From contig CADBTV010000065.1 of NCBI GenBank assembly GCA_902797655.1, positions 1 through 58,397 on the forward strand: DNA of 58,397 nucleotides. Direction: 5' to 3'. Made by a program: the position numbers and the translations under genes. This stretch comes from an uncultured Ruminococcus sp. Lineage in GTDB: Bacteria > Bacillota > Clostridia > Oscillospirales > Acutalibacteraceae. The notes under the pieces are model-generated. The model did not search any database. It was not told the origin of the DNA and saw nothing but the letters and a program-made list of their open reading frames with translations. Of this stretch, positions 1 to 9,270 are shown in pieces (the stretch's first letter is position 1; each line of letters begins with the position of its first letter).

Positions 1-156
1 AAGGTTATGCTCTGATTTTATAAGCTTATTAATTCTTTTTTCAAAGGATTTTGAAGTAACAAATTGTTCTGTGCTTATTGAACCGTCTGTCAGACGATTA
101 ATCATATAAGCCTCCGCTGCCGTTGAAAGAGCTTTCTCGAATCTCTGCTCAGTCAT
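1..156 (-). CDS. Putative anti-sigma factor, N-terminal part (truncated by window edge; possibly DUF4367-type)
   Basis: Manual translation from ATG at 156: MTEQRFEKALSTAAEAYMINRLTDGSISTEQFVTSKSFEKRINKLIKSEHNL, open to the edge. The start overlaps the ECF sigma stop (ATGACTGA) and follows a GAGGTG SD-like sequence. The SxxFEKRINKLIK segment resembles clostridial ECF partner proteins (recalled, not searched). Confidence 0.6.
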   Translation of the reverse strand, partial: MTEQRFEKALSTAAEAYMINRLTDGSISTEQFVTSKSFEKRINKLIKSEHNL

Positions 157-706
157 TCCTGTTCACCTCTACTAACTTTTTCTTTAATAGCTTTTTTCCT
201 CTAAGCAGTCTCTTGCGGACGGTGGATATCGGAACATTCAGTGTAGAGGAAATCTCCTTGTCAGAAAGCTCATTAAAGAATTTCAGAATAATAACATGGC
301 AGTAGATTTCCGGTAATTCTCCGATTATAGAAGTTAATTTCTCTATAAACAAATCATCCTCGGCGATTTGTTCAATACTAATATCCGCTTCTTTATCCTC
401 AAATTCAATAAGCTTTATCTTATGTTCTTTGTTATACATAGTCTTTGCAACATTCTCAACTACCACAATGCAATATCCGCGCGATTTCATATCATCCGGA
501 TCAATAATCTTGTCAATATTTTTCAGGATTCTAAGAAAAGCATTATGCACAGCGTCTTCCGCAAGCGAGCTGTCCTTTAGAATGCTAAAAGCATGATTAA
601 GCATTGCGTTTTTGTTGATATAGTAAAGCTTTTCAAATTTACTTTTATCTTCGTTATTATTTAATGTATGTAAATAAAATTGTAACAAATCTAAAACCCT
701 ATTCAT
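149..706 (-). CDS. ECF-type sigma-70 family RNA polymerase sigma factor
   Basis: Region 2 (AEDAVHNAFLRI) and region 4 (LPEIYCHVIILKFFNELSDKEISSTLNVPISTVRKRLLRGKKLL); about 180 aa. True start may be TTG at 688. Confidence 0.9.
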   Translation of the reverse strand: MNRVLDLLQFYLHTLNNNEDKSKFEKLYYINKNAMLNHAFSILKDSSLAEDAVHNAFLRILKNIDKIIDPDDMKSRGYCIVVVENVAKTMYNKEHKIKLIEFEDKEADISIEQIAEDDLFIEKLTSIIGELPEIYCHVIILKFFNELSDKEISSTLNVPISTVRKRLLRGKKLLKKKLVEVNRND

Positions 707-708
707 TT

Positions 709-739
709 TTTAAGCGTGCATAGTTAATGCACGCTTAAA
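709..739. terminator. Perfect 13-bp inverted repeat between lysA and the ECF sigma gene (terminator-like or operator)
   Basis: TTTAAGCGTGCAT-agtta-ATGCACGCTTAAA; no U-tract follows on the transcribed (-) strand. Confidence 0.5.
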
Positions 740-747
740 TGTGTTTA

Positions 748-2022
748 TTAAAACTTAAACTCCGAAAAATCAAACGTTGCAAAGTAGTCCTTTGGGGTTT
801 CGGCTCTTCTGATAAGCTTAAACGAGCCGTCCTCTTTGAGGAGCACCTCTGCCGAGCGGAGCTTGCCGTTGTAGTTATAGCCCATCGAGAAGCCGTGCGC
901 GCCTGCGTCGTGGATGTAGATAATGTCGCCGATGTCAATCTTCGGCAGCATTCTGTCGATGGCGAACTTGTCGTTGTTCTCGCAGAGTCCGCCCGTTACG
1001 TCGTACTTGTGGTCGCAGGGCTTGTCCTCCTTGCCGAGAACAGTAATATGGTGATACGAGCCGTACATAGCCGGTCTCATCAGATTAGCCGCGCAGGCGT
1101 CGAGACCGATGTAATCCTTGTAGATGTGCTTCTCGTGGATAGCGGTAGCCACAAGCGCGCCGAAAGGCGCGAGCATATACCTGCCCAGCTCGGTGAAAAT
1201 CGCTATGTCCCCCATTCCCTCCGGAACGAGGATTTTTTCGAACTTTTTGCGAACTCCCTCGCCAATGTAGGCGATGTCGGTTCTCGGCTCCTCGGGCTTG
1301 TAATCGACTCCTACGCCGCCGGAGAGGTTTATAAACTTAATCTTGACTCCGGTTTTCTTGTGAAGCCTGACAGCAAGCTCAAAGAGGATTGAGGCAAGCT
1401 CGGGGTAATACTCGTTGGAAACAGTGTTGGAAGCCAAAAACGCGTGGATTCCAAATTCCTCTGCGCCGGCTTCGGCAAGCTCAGTGAACGCCTTTTCCAT
1501 CTGCTCCTCGGTCATACCGTACTTTGAGTCGCCCGGGGTGTCCATAACCTGAACCTTGTCCTCGCTGCCTGCGAGCTCAAACACTCCGCCGGGGTTGTAG
1601 CGGCAGCAGATTGTTTTCGGAACCTCGGGGAGAATCTTCTTGATAAATTCAACGTGGGTGTAGTCGTCGAGGTTGATGTACGCGCCCATCTCGTATGCCT
1701 TCTGCATATCCTCAACAGGGGTTACGTTTGAGCTGAACATAATGTTCTCTCCCGAAATTGAGCAGGACTCGCAGAGCATAAGCTCGGTGTAGGACGAGCA
1801 ATCCATACCGCAGCCTTCCTCCTCGAGAATCTTCATCAGATACGGATTCGGGGTTGCCTTTACGGCAAAGTATTCCTTGTAGCCCTTGTTCCAGCTAAAC
1901 GCCTTGTTGAGCGCTCTGGCGTTCTCTCTGATACCCTTTTCATCGTAGATATGAAAAGGAGTCGGAATGTCCTTTATAATCTCCTGCGCTTTGTCAAGCG
2001 AAAGAAACGGTTTTTTCTCCAT
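748..2022 (-). CDS. lysA: Diaminopimelate decarboxylase
   Basis: PLP lysine motif YFAVKA, SKYG, INLSGG, ELGRY, GGLCENND, HDAGAHG; GGAGG SD. Confidence 0.92.
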   Translation of the reverse strand: MEKKPFLSLDKAQEIIKDIPTPFHIYDEKGIRENARALNKAFSWNKGYKEYFAVKATPNPYLMKILEEEGCGMDCSSYTELMLCESCSISGENIMFSSNVTPVEDMQKAYEMGAYINLDDYTHVEFIKKILPEVPKTICCRYNPGGVFELAGSEDKVQVMDTPGDSKYGMTEEQMEKAFTELAEAGAEEFGIHAFLASNTVSNEYYPELASILFELAVRLHKKTGVKIKFINLSGGVGVDYKPEEPRTDIAYIGEGVRKKFEKILVPEGMGDIAIFTELGRYMLAPFGALVATAIHEKHIYKDYIGLDACAANLMRPAMYGSYHHITVLGKEDKPCDHKYDVTGGLCENNDKFAIDRMLPKIDIGDIIYIHDAGAHGFSMGYNYNGKLRSAEVLLKEDGSFKLIRRAETPKDYFATFDFSEFKF

Positions 2023-2036
2023 AAAAATTACCTCCG

Positions 2037-2621
2037 TTACCCATTTATATATTCTTCAATTACTTCCTTTAAGTCATCGAGACCCTCGCCGTTTTGGGAT
2101 GAAACCGGAAAGAGCTCCGTTTCCTCGTAGTCTGCAAGCTCGTCGAGCAGCTCGTCGATTCGCTTTTGGTAGGCGGTTTTTTTGAGCTTGTCGCGCTTAG
2201 TCAGCGCGATGACGAACGGCGCTTTGCTTTGGTAGAGAAAATCGAGCATATCGTAATCGTCCTTGGTCGGCTTGTGTCGGATGTCGATAATCTGGATTAT
2301 CAGCGCAATGTTGCGCCCTGCTGAAAGATAACCCTCAACGAGCTCAGCCCAACGCGCTTTCTCAGCCTTTGAGACCTTTGCGTAGCCGTAGCCGGGGAGG
2401 TCTACAAGCTTAAAATCCTCAGCGTCAAAGAAGTTTATCGTCGCGGTTTTGCCGGGCTGAGAGCTGACTCTGGCGAGGTTCTTGCGCTGTACAAGCTTAT
2501 TGATAAGCGAGCTTTTTCCGACGTTGGAATGACCGGAAAAGACAATCTCGGGCTTTGTGCTCTCGGGAAGCTGAGCGACAACTCCGGCTGATAATTCAAA
2601 TTCTACTTTGTTGAAATTCAT
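2037..2621 (-). CDS. engB: Ribosome biogenesis GTP-binding protein YihA/YsxC
   Basis: GHSNVGKSSLIN, PGKT, DLPGYG, TKRDK; conserved position after lon. Confidence 0.95.
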   Translation of the reverse strand: MNFNKVEFELSAGVVAQLPESTKPEIVFSGHSNVGKSSLINKLVQRKNLARVSSQPGKTATINFFDAEDFKLVDLPGYGYAKVSKAEKARWAELVEGYLSAGRNIALIIQIIDIRHKPTKDDYDMLDFLYQSKAPFVIALTKRDKLKKTAYQKRIDELLDELADYEETELFPVSSQNGEGLDDLKEVIEEYING

Positions 2622-2626
2622 AATAT

Positions 2627-5029
2627 CTACTGCCTTATTGACTGCGAATTAAGCTTTGAACCTGAATGAAGGATTAGCTTTTCGCTTTTGTCTCTAACAA
2701 CAAGCGGCTCGACTGTTGCCGCCGAGAGAACCTCGGTGAAGCTTTTGACCGGCACAAACGTCACGTTTTCCTTTACGACGCTGTCAATCTCATCCAAATC
2801 GGGAGCGTTGTCATTCGGGATAAATACGGTTTTGACTCCGGCTTTGTAGGCTGCCATCGACTTTTCCTTTAAACCGCCTATAGCGAGGACTTTGCCGCGC
2901 AGGGTGATTTCCCCTGTCATAGCAATATCTCGTCTCACAGGGCGCATAGAAAGCGCGGAATAGATAGCCGTAGCCATTGTTATACCTGCGGAGGGTCCGT
3001 CCTTTGAAACAGCTCCCTCGGGAGCGTGCAGGTGGATGTCCTTTGTTTTGTAAAAGTCCTTGTCGATTCCGAGGACGTCGCTGTGAGAGCGGATACAGGT
3101 TATCGCCGCCTTGGCGCTCTCCTGCATAACGTCTCCGAGCGAGCCGGTGAGCGTGAGCTTTCCGTCGCCGGGCATTACAGCGACCTCAATCGGGAGCAGC
3201 GTTCCGCCGACCGCAGTCCAGGCAAGACCGTTAACGACGCCGATTTCGTCATTTTTCGAGATCTCGTCGGGCTTGACCTTCTTAACGCCGAGGTATTCTC
3301 CGATGTTTTTGTCGGTGAAGCGGATGGACTCCTCCTCCCCGTTTACGAATTTGACGGCGAATTTGCGGATAGCCTTTGCGATTTCCTGTTCAAGACGGCG
3401 TACTCCTGCTTCGCGAGTATAGCTTTCGATGATGGTATTAATCGCGGATTGCGAGAATCTGACGGTTTTATTATCAAGACCGTTGAGCTTAATCTGCTTT
3501 GGAATGAGGTGCTTTTTGGCGATGTTGAGCTTTTCCTCGGCGGTGTAGCTTCCGATTTCGATAATCTCCATTCTGTCGTAGAGCGGAGCAGGGATTGTTG
3601 ATGAGTCGTTGGCGGTTGTGATAAAGAACACGTTCGACAAATCAAACGGAATATCTATGTAATGGTCAACAAACTTATTGTTCTGCTCCGAGTCGAGAAC
3701 CTCGAGCAGAGCCGACGAAGGGTCGCCCTTGTAGTCTGAGCCGAGCTTGTCGATTTCGTCGAGAATGAGCAGAGGGTTGTTGGTGCCGGCGGTCTTGATT
3801 GCGTTTATAATCCTGCCGGGCATTGAGCCTATGTAGGTCTTGCGGTGACCGCGGATTTCAGCTTCATCGTGAACTCCGCCGAGTGCGATTCGCGCTGACT
3901 TCCTGCCCATCGCCGAAGCAACTGACTGAGCGATTGAGGTCTTGCCCACTCCGGGAGGTCCGACAAGACAGATAATCTGCCCCTTGATTGACTCGTTGAG
4001 CTTCCTGACGGCGAGCTGTTCGATGATTCGTTCCTTGACGTCCTTTAGCCCGTAGTGGTTCTTATCGAGCTTCGATTTAATCTGTTTTAAGTTGAGCTTG
4101 TCCTTTGTGCTTTTGTTCCAGGGAAGGTCGAGCACAGTGTCGAGGTAGGTATGAATAACCGAGGCTTCCTGACTGCCGAAGGGCATTTTGCTCAGCTTGC
4201 GGCATTCCTTGAGCAGAGCTTGCTCGCTTTCCTCGGGAAGATTCAGAGCCTTGATTTTCTCAACAAACTGCTCCGACTCACTCGACGGAGAGTCATTCTC
4301 GCCGAGCTCGGATTCGATGATGTATTTTTGCTCGCGCAGAAAGTATTCGCGCTGAGTTTTGTCGATTCTGTCCTTTGCCTTCTCCTCAATCTGCTCCTCG
4401 ATTTGGAGGATATAAACCTCCTGGTGCATAAGGTCGAGCAGGGTCTCCATACGCTCGGTTTTGTCGATAGTGTCGAGCAAGAGCTGTTTGTTCTCGTAAT
4501 CGGGAAGAATATTGCCGGCGATAAAATCGGCGAGCTCTCCCCCTTCGTTGCAGGTTGCGACTCTGAAAAGCACGTCGGACGCGAGGTTCGGAGTGAGCGA
4601 CGCGTACTCCTGGAACACGGATTTAAGCTGACGCATAAGCGCAATGTCGCGCGAGGTCTCGGACTCAGCATTCTCAAAATACGCCCTGACCTGCGCAAAC
4701 AGGCAGTTTTTGTCGTTATAAAACTCGCCGGCAGACGCGCGGTATAAGCCGTCTACTATGATTCTGGTGGTGTTGTCGGTTTGCTTGATGACCTGAACAA
4801 TTCGGCAAACCACGCCCATAGAGTACAAATCTGAGCCCTCGGGCTCCTTGACTGACGGGTTCTTCTGAGCTGTGAGGAAAATCTTCTGGTCGTTCTTCAT
4901 AGCAAGGCTGATTGCGTTTTGAGACTTCTTTCTGCCTACGTCAAAGTGCAGCAAGGTCTTTGGAAAAACGACAAGTCCCCTTAGCGGAAGAACCGGAAGG
5001 TTGAATATATTAGAACCTAAAGTTTCCAT
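2627..5029 (-). CDS. lon: ATP-dependent protease La
   Basis: LPVLPLRGLVVFP N-domain, Walker A GPPGVGKT, KDGPSAG catalytic Ser, GGLKEK. Start set at ATG 5029 behind an AAGGAG SD. Confidence 0.97.
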   Translation of the reverse strand: METLGSNIFNLPVLPLRGLVVFPKTLLHFDVGRKKSQNAISLAMKNDQKIFLTAQKNPSVKEPEGSDLYSMGVVCRIVQVIKQTDNTTRIIVDGLYRASAGEFYNDKNCLFAQVRAYFENAESETSRDIALMRQLKSVFQEYASLTPNLASDVLFRVATCNEGGELADFIAGNILPDYENKQLLLDTIDKTERMETLLDLMHQEVYILQIEEQIEEKAKDRIDKTQREYFLREQKYIIESELGENDSPSSESEQFVEKIKALNLPEESEQALLKECRKLSKMPFGSQEASVIHTYLDTVLDLPWNKSTKDKLNLKQIKSKLDKNHYGLKDVKERIIEQLAVRKLNESIKGQIICLVGPPGVGKTSIAQSVASAMGRKSARIALGGVHDEAEIRGHRKTYIGSMPGRIINAIKTAGTNNPLLILDEIDKLGSDYKGDPSSALLEVLDSEQNNKFVDHYIDIPFDLSNVFFITTANDSSTIPAPLYDRMEIIEIGSYTAEEKLNIAKKHLIPKQIKLNGLDNKTVRFSQSAINTIIESYTREAGVRRLEQEIAKAIRKFAVKFVNGEEESIRFTDKNIGEYLGVKKVKPDEISKNDEIGVVNGLAWTAVGGTLLPIEVAVMPGDGKLTLTGSLGDVMQESAKAAITCIRSHSDVLGIDKDFYKTKDIHLHAPEGAVSKDGPSAGITMATAIYSALSMRPVRRDIAMTGEITLRGKVLAIGGLKEKSMAAYKAGVKTVFIPNDNAPDLDEIDSVVKENVTFVPVKSFTEVLSAATVEPLVVRDKSEKLILHSGSKLNSQSIRQ

Positions 5030-5141
5030 AAGTCTCCTTATTATATCTATAAAATCCAAATGCTGTAGTGTTAAAATCCATAAGATTTTTCACATTACAG
5101 CATAATAGTGGTAAGTGGTGCGTGTTGGGAAACACTTCTGT

Positions 5142-6449
5142 TTACGAAACCTCCTCGGCTTCGATTATTTTACTGTTGAACTGATTGGCGGAAGGACGCT
5201 TTGAGTTGCTGCGTTCAACAACAGCCTCGGCGTTGTTGACAACAACGTCCTCGTTGATGATGATTTTGGTGATTGTTTCATCGGACGGAACCTCGAACAT
5301 CAAGTCGTTGAGAATGTTCTCCATAATTCCGCGCAGTCCACGGGCTCCGGTTTTCTGCTCTTTGGCAAGATTTGCGATAGCGCCGAGAGCTTCCGGAGTA
5401 AATTCAAGCTCAACTCCGTCGAGCGAAAACAGCCGCTTGTACTGCTTCAAAAGCGAGTTCTTCGGCTCGGTGAGTATCCTGACAAGCGCGTCAACGTCGA
5501 GTCCGTTGAGGGCTGTTATGACCGGAATTCTGCCGACAAGCTCGGGAATGATTCCGTATTTTACGAGGTCGTGAGCGACAACATCGTTCATCCAGCCTGT
5601 TTCGTCGAGCACAGCCTTATCCTGAACATTGGCGCCGAAGCCTACGACAGAAGCGCCCTTACGTTTCTCGACAATCTTCTCGAGTCCGTCAAAGGCTCCT
5701 CCGCAGATAAAGAGGATGTCCTTCGTGTTAACCTGCAGGAACTCCTGCTGAGGGTGCTTTCTGCCTCCTGTCGGGGGGACGTTCGAGACGGTTCCCTCGA
5801 GGATTTTGAGCAGCGCCTGCTGGACTCCCTCACCGCTTACGTCGCGCGTGATTGAGGGATTCTCGGACTTGCGCGCGATTTTGTCGATTTCGTCGATATA
5901 GATGATACCGCGCTCCGCCTTTTCGATGTCAAAATCAGCCGCCTGAATAAGCTTCAGCAGGATGTTTTCAACGTCCTCGCCGACGTAGCCGGCTTCGGTA
6001 AGGGTTGTAGCGTCCGCGATAGCGAACGGAACGTCAAGCGCTTTGGCCAGAGTTTGCGCGAGGAGAGTCTTGCCGACTCCTGTGGGTCCGAGCAAAAGCA
6101 CGTTGCTCTTGGAAAATTCAACCTCGTTGTCATTGCTGAAAACTCGCTTGTAGTGGTTATACACGGCAACGCTCAAGGCGCGCTTAGCCTTGTCCTGACC
6201 TATAACGTAATCGTCGAGTATATTTTTGATTTCAACAGGCTTCAAAAGCTTGGGAATATCGGGAGTGTTCTCGGCGATTTCATCCTCCTCGGGAATTGAA
6301 TCAAAGCCGGAATCATCAAGAATATTCACGCACAGCTCTACGCACTGGTCGCAGATGTACACGCCGTTGCCTTTTATAAGCCTGCCGACAAATTCCTGCG
6401 GTTTTCCGCAGAACGAGCAGTAGATATTGTCGTCTATCTTGTTAGGCAT
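5142..6449 (-). CDS. clpX: ATP-dependent Clp protease ATP-binding subunit ClpX
   Basis: CSFCGK...ICDQC zinc domain, [23 protein letters not shown] loop. Confidence 0.98.
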   Translation of the reverse strand: MPNKIDDNIYCSFCGKPQEFVGRLIKGNGVYICDQCVELCVNILDDSGFDSIPEEDEIAENTPDIPKLLKPVEIKNILDDYVIGQDKAKRALSVAVYNHYKRVFSNDNEVEFSKSNVLLLGPTGVGKTLLAQTLAKALDVPFAIADATTLTEAGYVGEDVENILLKLIQAADFDIEKAERGIIYIDEIDKIARKSENPSITRDVSGEGVQQALLKILEGTVSNVPPTGGRKHPQQEFLQVNTKDILFICGGAFDGLEKIVEKRKGASVVGFGANVQDKAVLDETGWMNDVVAHDLVKYGIIPELVGRIPVITALNGLDVDALVRILTEPKNSLLKQYKRLFSLDGVELEFTPEALGAIANLAKEQKTGARGLRGIMENILNDLMFEVPSDETITKIIINEDVVVNNAEAVVERSNSKRPSANQFNSKIIEAEEVS

Positions 6450-6461
6450 AATTACCCTCGC

Positions 6462-7043
6462 TTATCTTTTTTCAAACACCTTATCAATCAAACCGTACTC
6501 CAACGCCTGCTGAGCAGTCATAAAGTTGTCGCGGTTTGTATCCTTTGCGATAACGTCAACAGGCTGACCTGTGTTCTCCGCAAGGATTTCGTTGAGCCTT
6601 TTCTTGATGTCAAGAATATGCTGAGTGTGGATTTCCATATCTGTAGCCTGACCCTGAGCACCGCCTGACGGCTGGTGAATCATAATGTCCGCGTTAGGCA
6701 GAGCGAAGCGCTTGCCCTTTGCTCCGGCTGCAAGCAGGAAAGCGCCCATACTCGCTGCCATTCCCATACAGATTGTGGAGACGTCACACTTGATGTAATT
6801 CATTGTATCGTAAATCGCGAATCCGTCGGTAACTGAACCGCCCGGGCTGTTGATGTAGAGGCTGATGTCCTTAGTCGGGTCCTGAGCTTCAAGATACAGA
6901 AGCTGAGCCACTACAACGCTTGCGCTGGCGGAGTTTACCTCCTCGTTGAGCATAACGATTCTGTCGTTCAAAAGACGGGAGTAGATGTCGTAAGAACGCT
7001 CTCCGCGATTTGTTTGTTCTACTACATAAGGAACTAATGCCAT
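6462..7043 (-). CDS. clpP: ATP-dependent Clp protease proteolytic subunit
   Basis: [25 protein letters not shown] (Ser), MIHQP (His). Confidence 0.98.
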   Translation of the reverse strand: MALVPYVVEQTNRGERSYDIYSRLLNDRIVMLNEEVNSASASVVVAQLLYLEAQDPTKDISLYINSPGGSVTDGFAIYDTMNYIKCDVSTICMGMAASMGAFLLAAGAKGKRFALPNADIMIHQPSGGAQGQATDMEIHTQHILDIKKRLNEILAENTGQPVDVIAKDTNRDNFMTAQQALEYGLIDKVFEKR

Positions 7044-7186
7044 ATTATCGCCATAGCCTTTCTGTCCGCAAAACTTGGGTTTCCTTACACTTTTCTGCGG
7101 ACGGAAAAGCGCAAACGGTGACAGCGCGGGCTGTCAAACTAAACATACTTTTCTAATAATTGACTGAAAAAGTAATATTATTCAAA

Positions 7187-8467
7187 TTATTTTACTTTTG
7201 CGTTATCTCTTACGAGCTGCATAGCCTTGTCAACCTTAATATCCTCCGCGAGTGAATCAGCGGCGATGAAGTTCTTGACTTCCTCCGGCTTCATATTATA
7301 TGCGTCGGCAAGCTTTGTGTATTCCGCCTCAACAGCTTCGTCGTCGGCAGTAATCTCCTCCTGACGGGCGATTGCTTCGAGAACAAGGCGGAGCTTAACT
7401 CTCTTTTCAGCCTGCGGTCTGTAGGTTGCTTCGATTGCGCCCTGCTCCATACCTGTGTACTTGAGATAAGTCTGGAGGTTCAAGCCCTGTGACTGGAGCT
7501 GCATTTCGAACTGCTGAACCATATCGCGAACCTCGTTCTGATACATAGCCTCGGGGATTTCCTCGGTTGCGAGCTCTACGAGCGCGTCAGTGAGCTTGTT
7601 GTCAAAGTCCTTGTCGGCTTCTTCCTCGAGTCTCTTTGCAACCTTTTCTTTGAGCTCCTCTTTGTACTCCTCGAGAGTATCCTTCTCGGAAACGTCCTTA
7701 ACGAACTCGTCGTCTACCTCGGGAAGCTCCTTTGTCTTGATTTCGTGGAGCTTAATCTTGAACTGAGCGTCCTTGCCTGCGAGGTTCTCGGCGTTGTAAT
7801 CCTCAGGGAAGGTTACGTCGATTGTGAACTCCTCGCCGGTAGAATGACCGACAACAGCCTCCTCAAAGCCGGGAATGAACTGTCCGTCGCCGAGTCTGAG
7901 GTTGAAGTTCTCAGCCTTGCCGCCCTCAAACGCTTCGCCGTCACAGAAGCCCTCAAAGTCGATTACGACTGTGTCGCCGTTCTCGGCAGCTCTGTCCTCA
8001 ACTGTTACCATACGACCGTTTCTCTCGCGAACAGACTGGAGCTCCTCCTCGACTGCTTCGTCGGAAACCTCGGTTGAAAGCTTCTCAACCTCAATGCCCT
8101 TGTAGCCGTCTACAGTAAGCTCGGGAGCTGCTGTAATCTTTGCGGTGAAGGTGTAACCGTCGTCGGAAACCTCCTTGACGCTCAAATCGTCAACGCTGAC
8201 AGCCTTGAGTCCTGCTTCGATTGTCGCGTCTGCGAGAGCCTTGGGATATGTCTCGTCAATAGCGTCATCATAAAATACGCCCTTGCCGTACATCTTCTCG
8301 ATCATATGCTTTGGAGCTTTACCCTTGCGGAAGCCCGGGATGTTGATGTTCTTAACCTGCTTTTTGTAAGCCTTGATTGTAGCCGCGGAGAAGGTCTCCT
8401 TGTCTACAGAAACTTCTAACTCGTACTTGTTAGCGTCGTCAAGTTTTGTTGAATTATTTAAGCTCAT
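7187..8467 (-). CDS. tig: Trigger factor
   Basis: Ribosome-binding motif IPGFRKGKAP, FKBP domain (FIPGFEE). Start at ATG 8467 behind GGAGG. Confidence 0.97.
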   Translation of the reverse strand: MSLNNSTKLDDANKYELEVSVDKETFSAATIKAYKKQVKNINIPGFRKGKAPKHMIEKMYGKGVFYDDAIDETYPKALADATIEAGLKAVSVDDLSVKEVSDDGYTFTAKITAAPELTVDGYKGIEVEKLSTEVSDEAVEEELQSVRERNGRMVTVEDRAAENGDTVVIDFEGFCDGEAFEGGKAENFNLRLGDGQFIPGFEEAVVGHSTGEEFTIDVTFPEDYNAENLAGKDAQFKIKLHEIKTKELPEVDDEFVKDVSEKDTLEEYKEELKEKVAKRLEEEADKDFDNKLTDALVELATEEIPEAMYQNEVRDMVQQFEMQLQSQGLNLQTYLKYTGMEQGAIEATYRPQAEKRVKLRLVLEAIARQEEITADDEAVEAEYTKLADAYNMKPEEVKNFIAADSLAEDIKVDKAMQLVRDNAKVK

Positions 8468-8517
8468 TTTAAATTCCTCCATAAAATTACTTTTGAATGT
8501 ATTGATGAATTATAAAA

Positions 8518-8546
8518 ATTATAACATTTTAACCTTGCTTTAGCAA
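8518..8546 (-). promoter_or_regulatory. Sigma-A promoter of the tig-clpP-clpX-lon-engB-lysA cluster
   Basis: TTGCTA-N17-TATAAT with extended -10 TG. Confidence 0.7.
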
Positions 8547-8580
8547 TATATATTTGCCAAGTTTTGTACAGTATTGGGTA

Positions 8581-9270
8581 TTATCTCACCAAAATCGGCG
8601 TAAAGCGCAGAGCGTCGCAGGAAATCAGCCTGTAGCTTATTCCGTCAAGCTCGCCGTTGAAGGCGTTTTTTATCATATTCTGACCGTGAATATGACCGTA
8701 GTAGCACTTTTTGACGCCGTATTCTTTGAAAATTGAAATCATCTCGTCGCTCTTGAAGTTAGCGTAAACAGGCGGATAATGCAGAAATACAATCTTTTCC
8801 TTATCGCTGTCCTTCGCGCTTTCGAGCGAGAGCCTGAGTCGTCCGCATTCGCGCGAGAGGATGTGCTTGTCCTCGTCGGACTGAGAGTCAATAAGCCAGC
8901 CCCTCGTTCCGCAGATTACGTAATCGCCTGCCTCGTAGCTGTTGTTGAAAATAATCCTGATTGAATCAAAATGCTTTTCTTCAAGGTAGCGGTTGATCTT
9001 GCTGAGAGTATCCCACCAATAATCGTGGTTGCCCTTCAGGAGAAGCTTTTTGCCGGGCAGAGAGTTGAGATACTTAAAATCCTCCTCAGTCTCGTAAAGC
9101 TTCATTGCCCAGGAAATATCGCCGCCGATTACAACGGTGTCGTCCTCTGTGACGAGCTTTTTCCAGTTCTCGGTCAGCCGGTCAACGTAATTATCCCATC
9201 CGCGGAATACGTCCATCGGCTTGTCTGTGCCGAGAGAGAGATGAGGGTCGGCAATTGCGAAAAGCGACAT
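8581..9270 (-). CDS. Calcineurin-like metallophosphoesterase
   Basis: DPHLS, GDISW, GNHD, HYPP, YGHIH motifs; start overlaps the thrC stop (TAATG). Confidence 0.88.
   Translation of the reverse strand: MSLFAIADPHLSLGTDKPMDVFRGWDNYVDRLTENWKKLVTEDDTVVIGGDISWAMKLYETEEDFKYLNSLPGKKLLLKGNHDYWWDTLSKINRYLEEKHFDSIRIIFNNSYEAGDYVICGTRGWLIDSQSDEDKHILSRECGRLRLSLESAKDSDKEKIVFLHYPPVYANFKSDEMISIFKEYGVKKCYYGHIHGQNMIKNAFNGELDGISYRLISCDALRFTPILVR

Noticed and set aside
739-1392. 217-aa plus-strand ORF
   Set aside because: Antisense shadow of lysA; no recognisable motif or SD.
3026-4747. 191-aa and 198-aa plus-strand ORFs
   Set aside because: Antisense to lon; explained by codon bias of the real gene.
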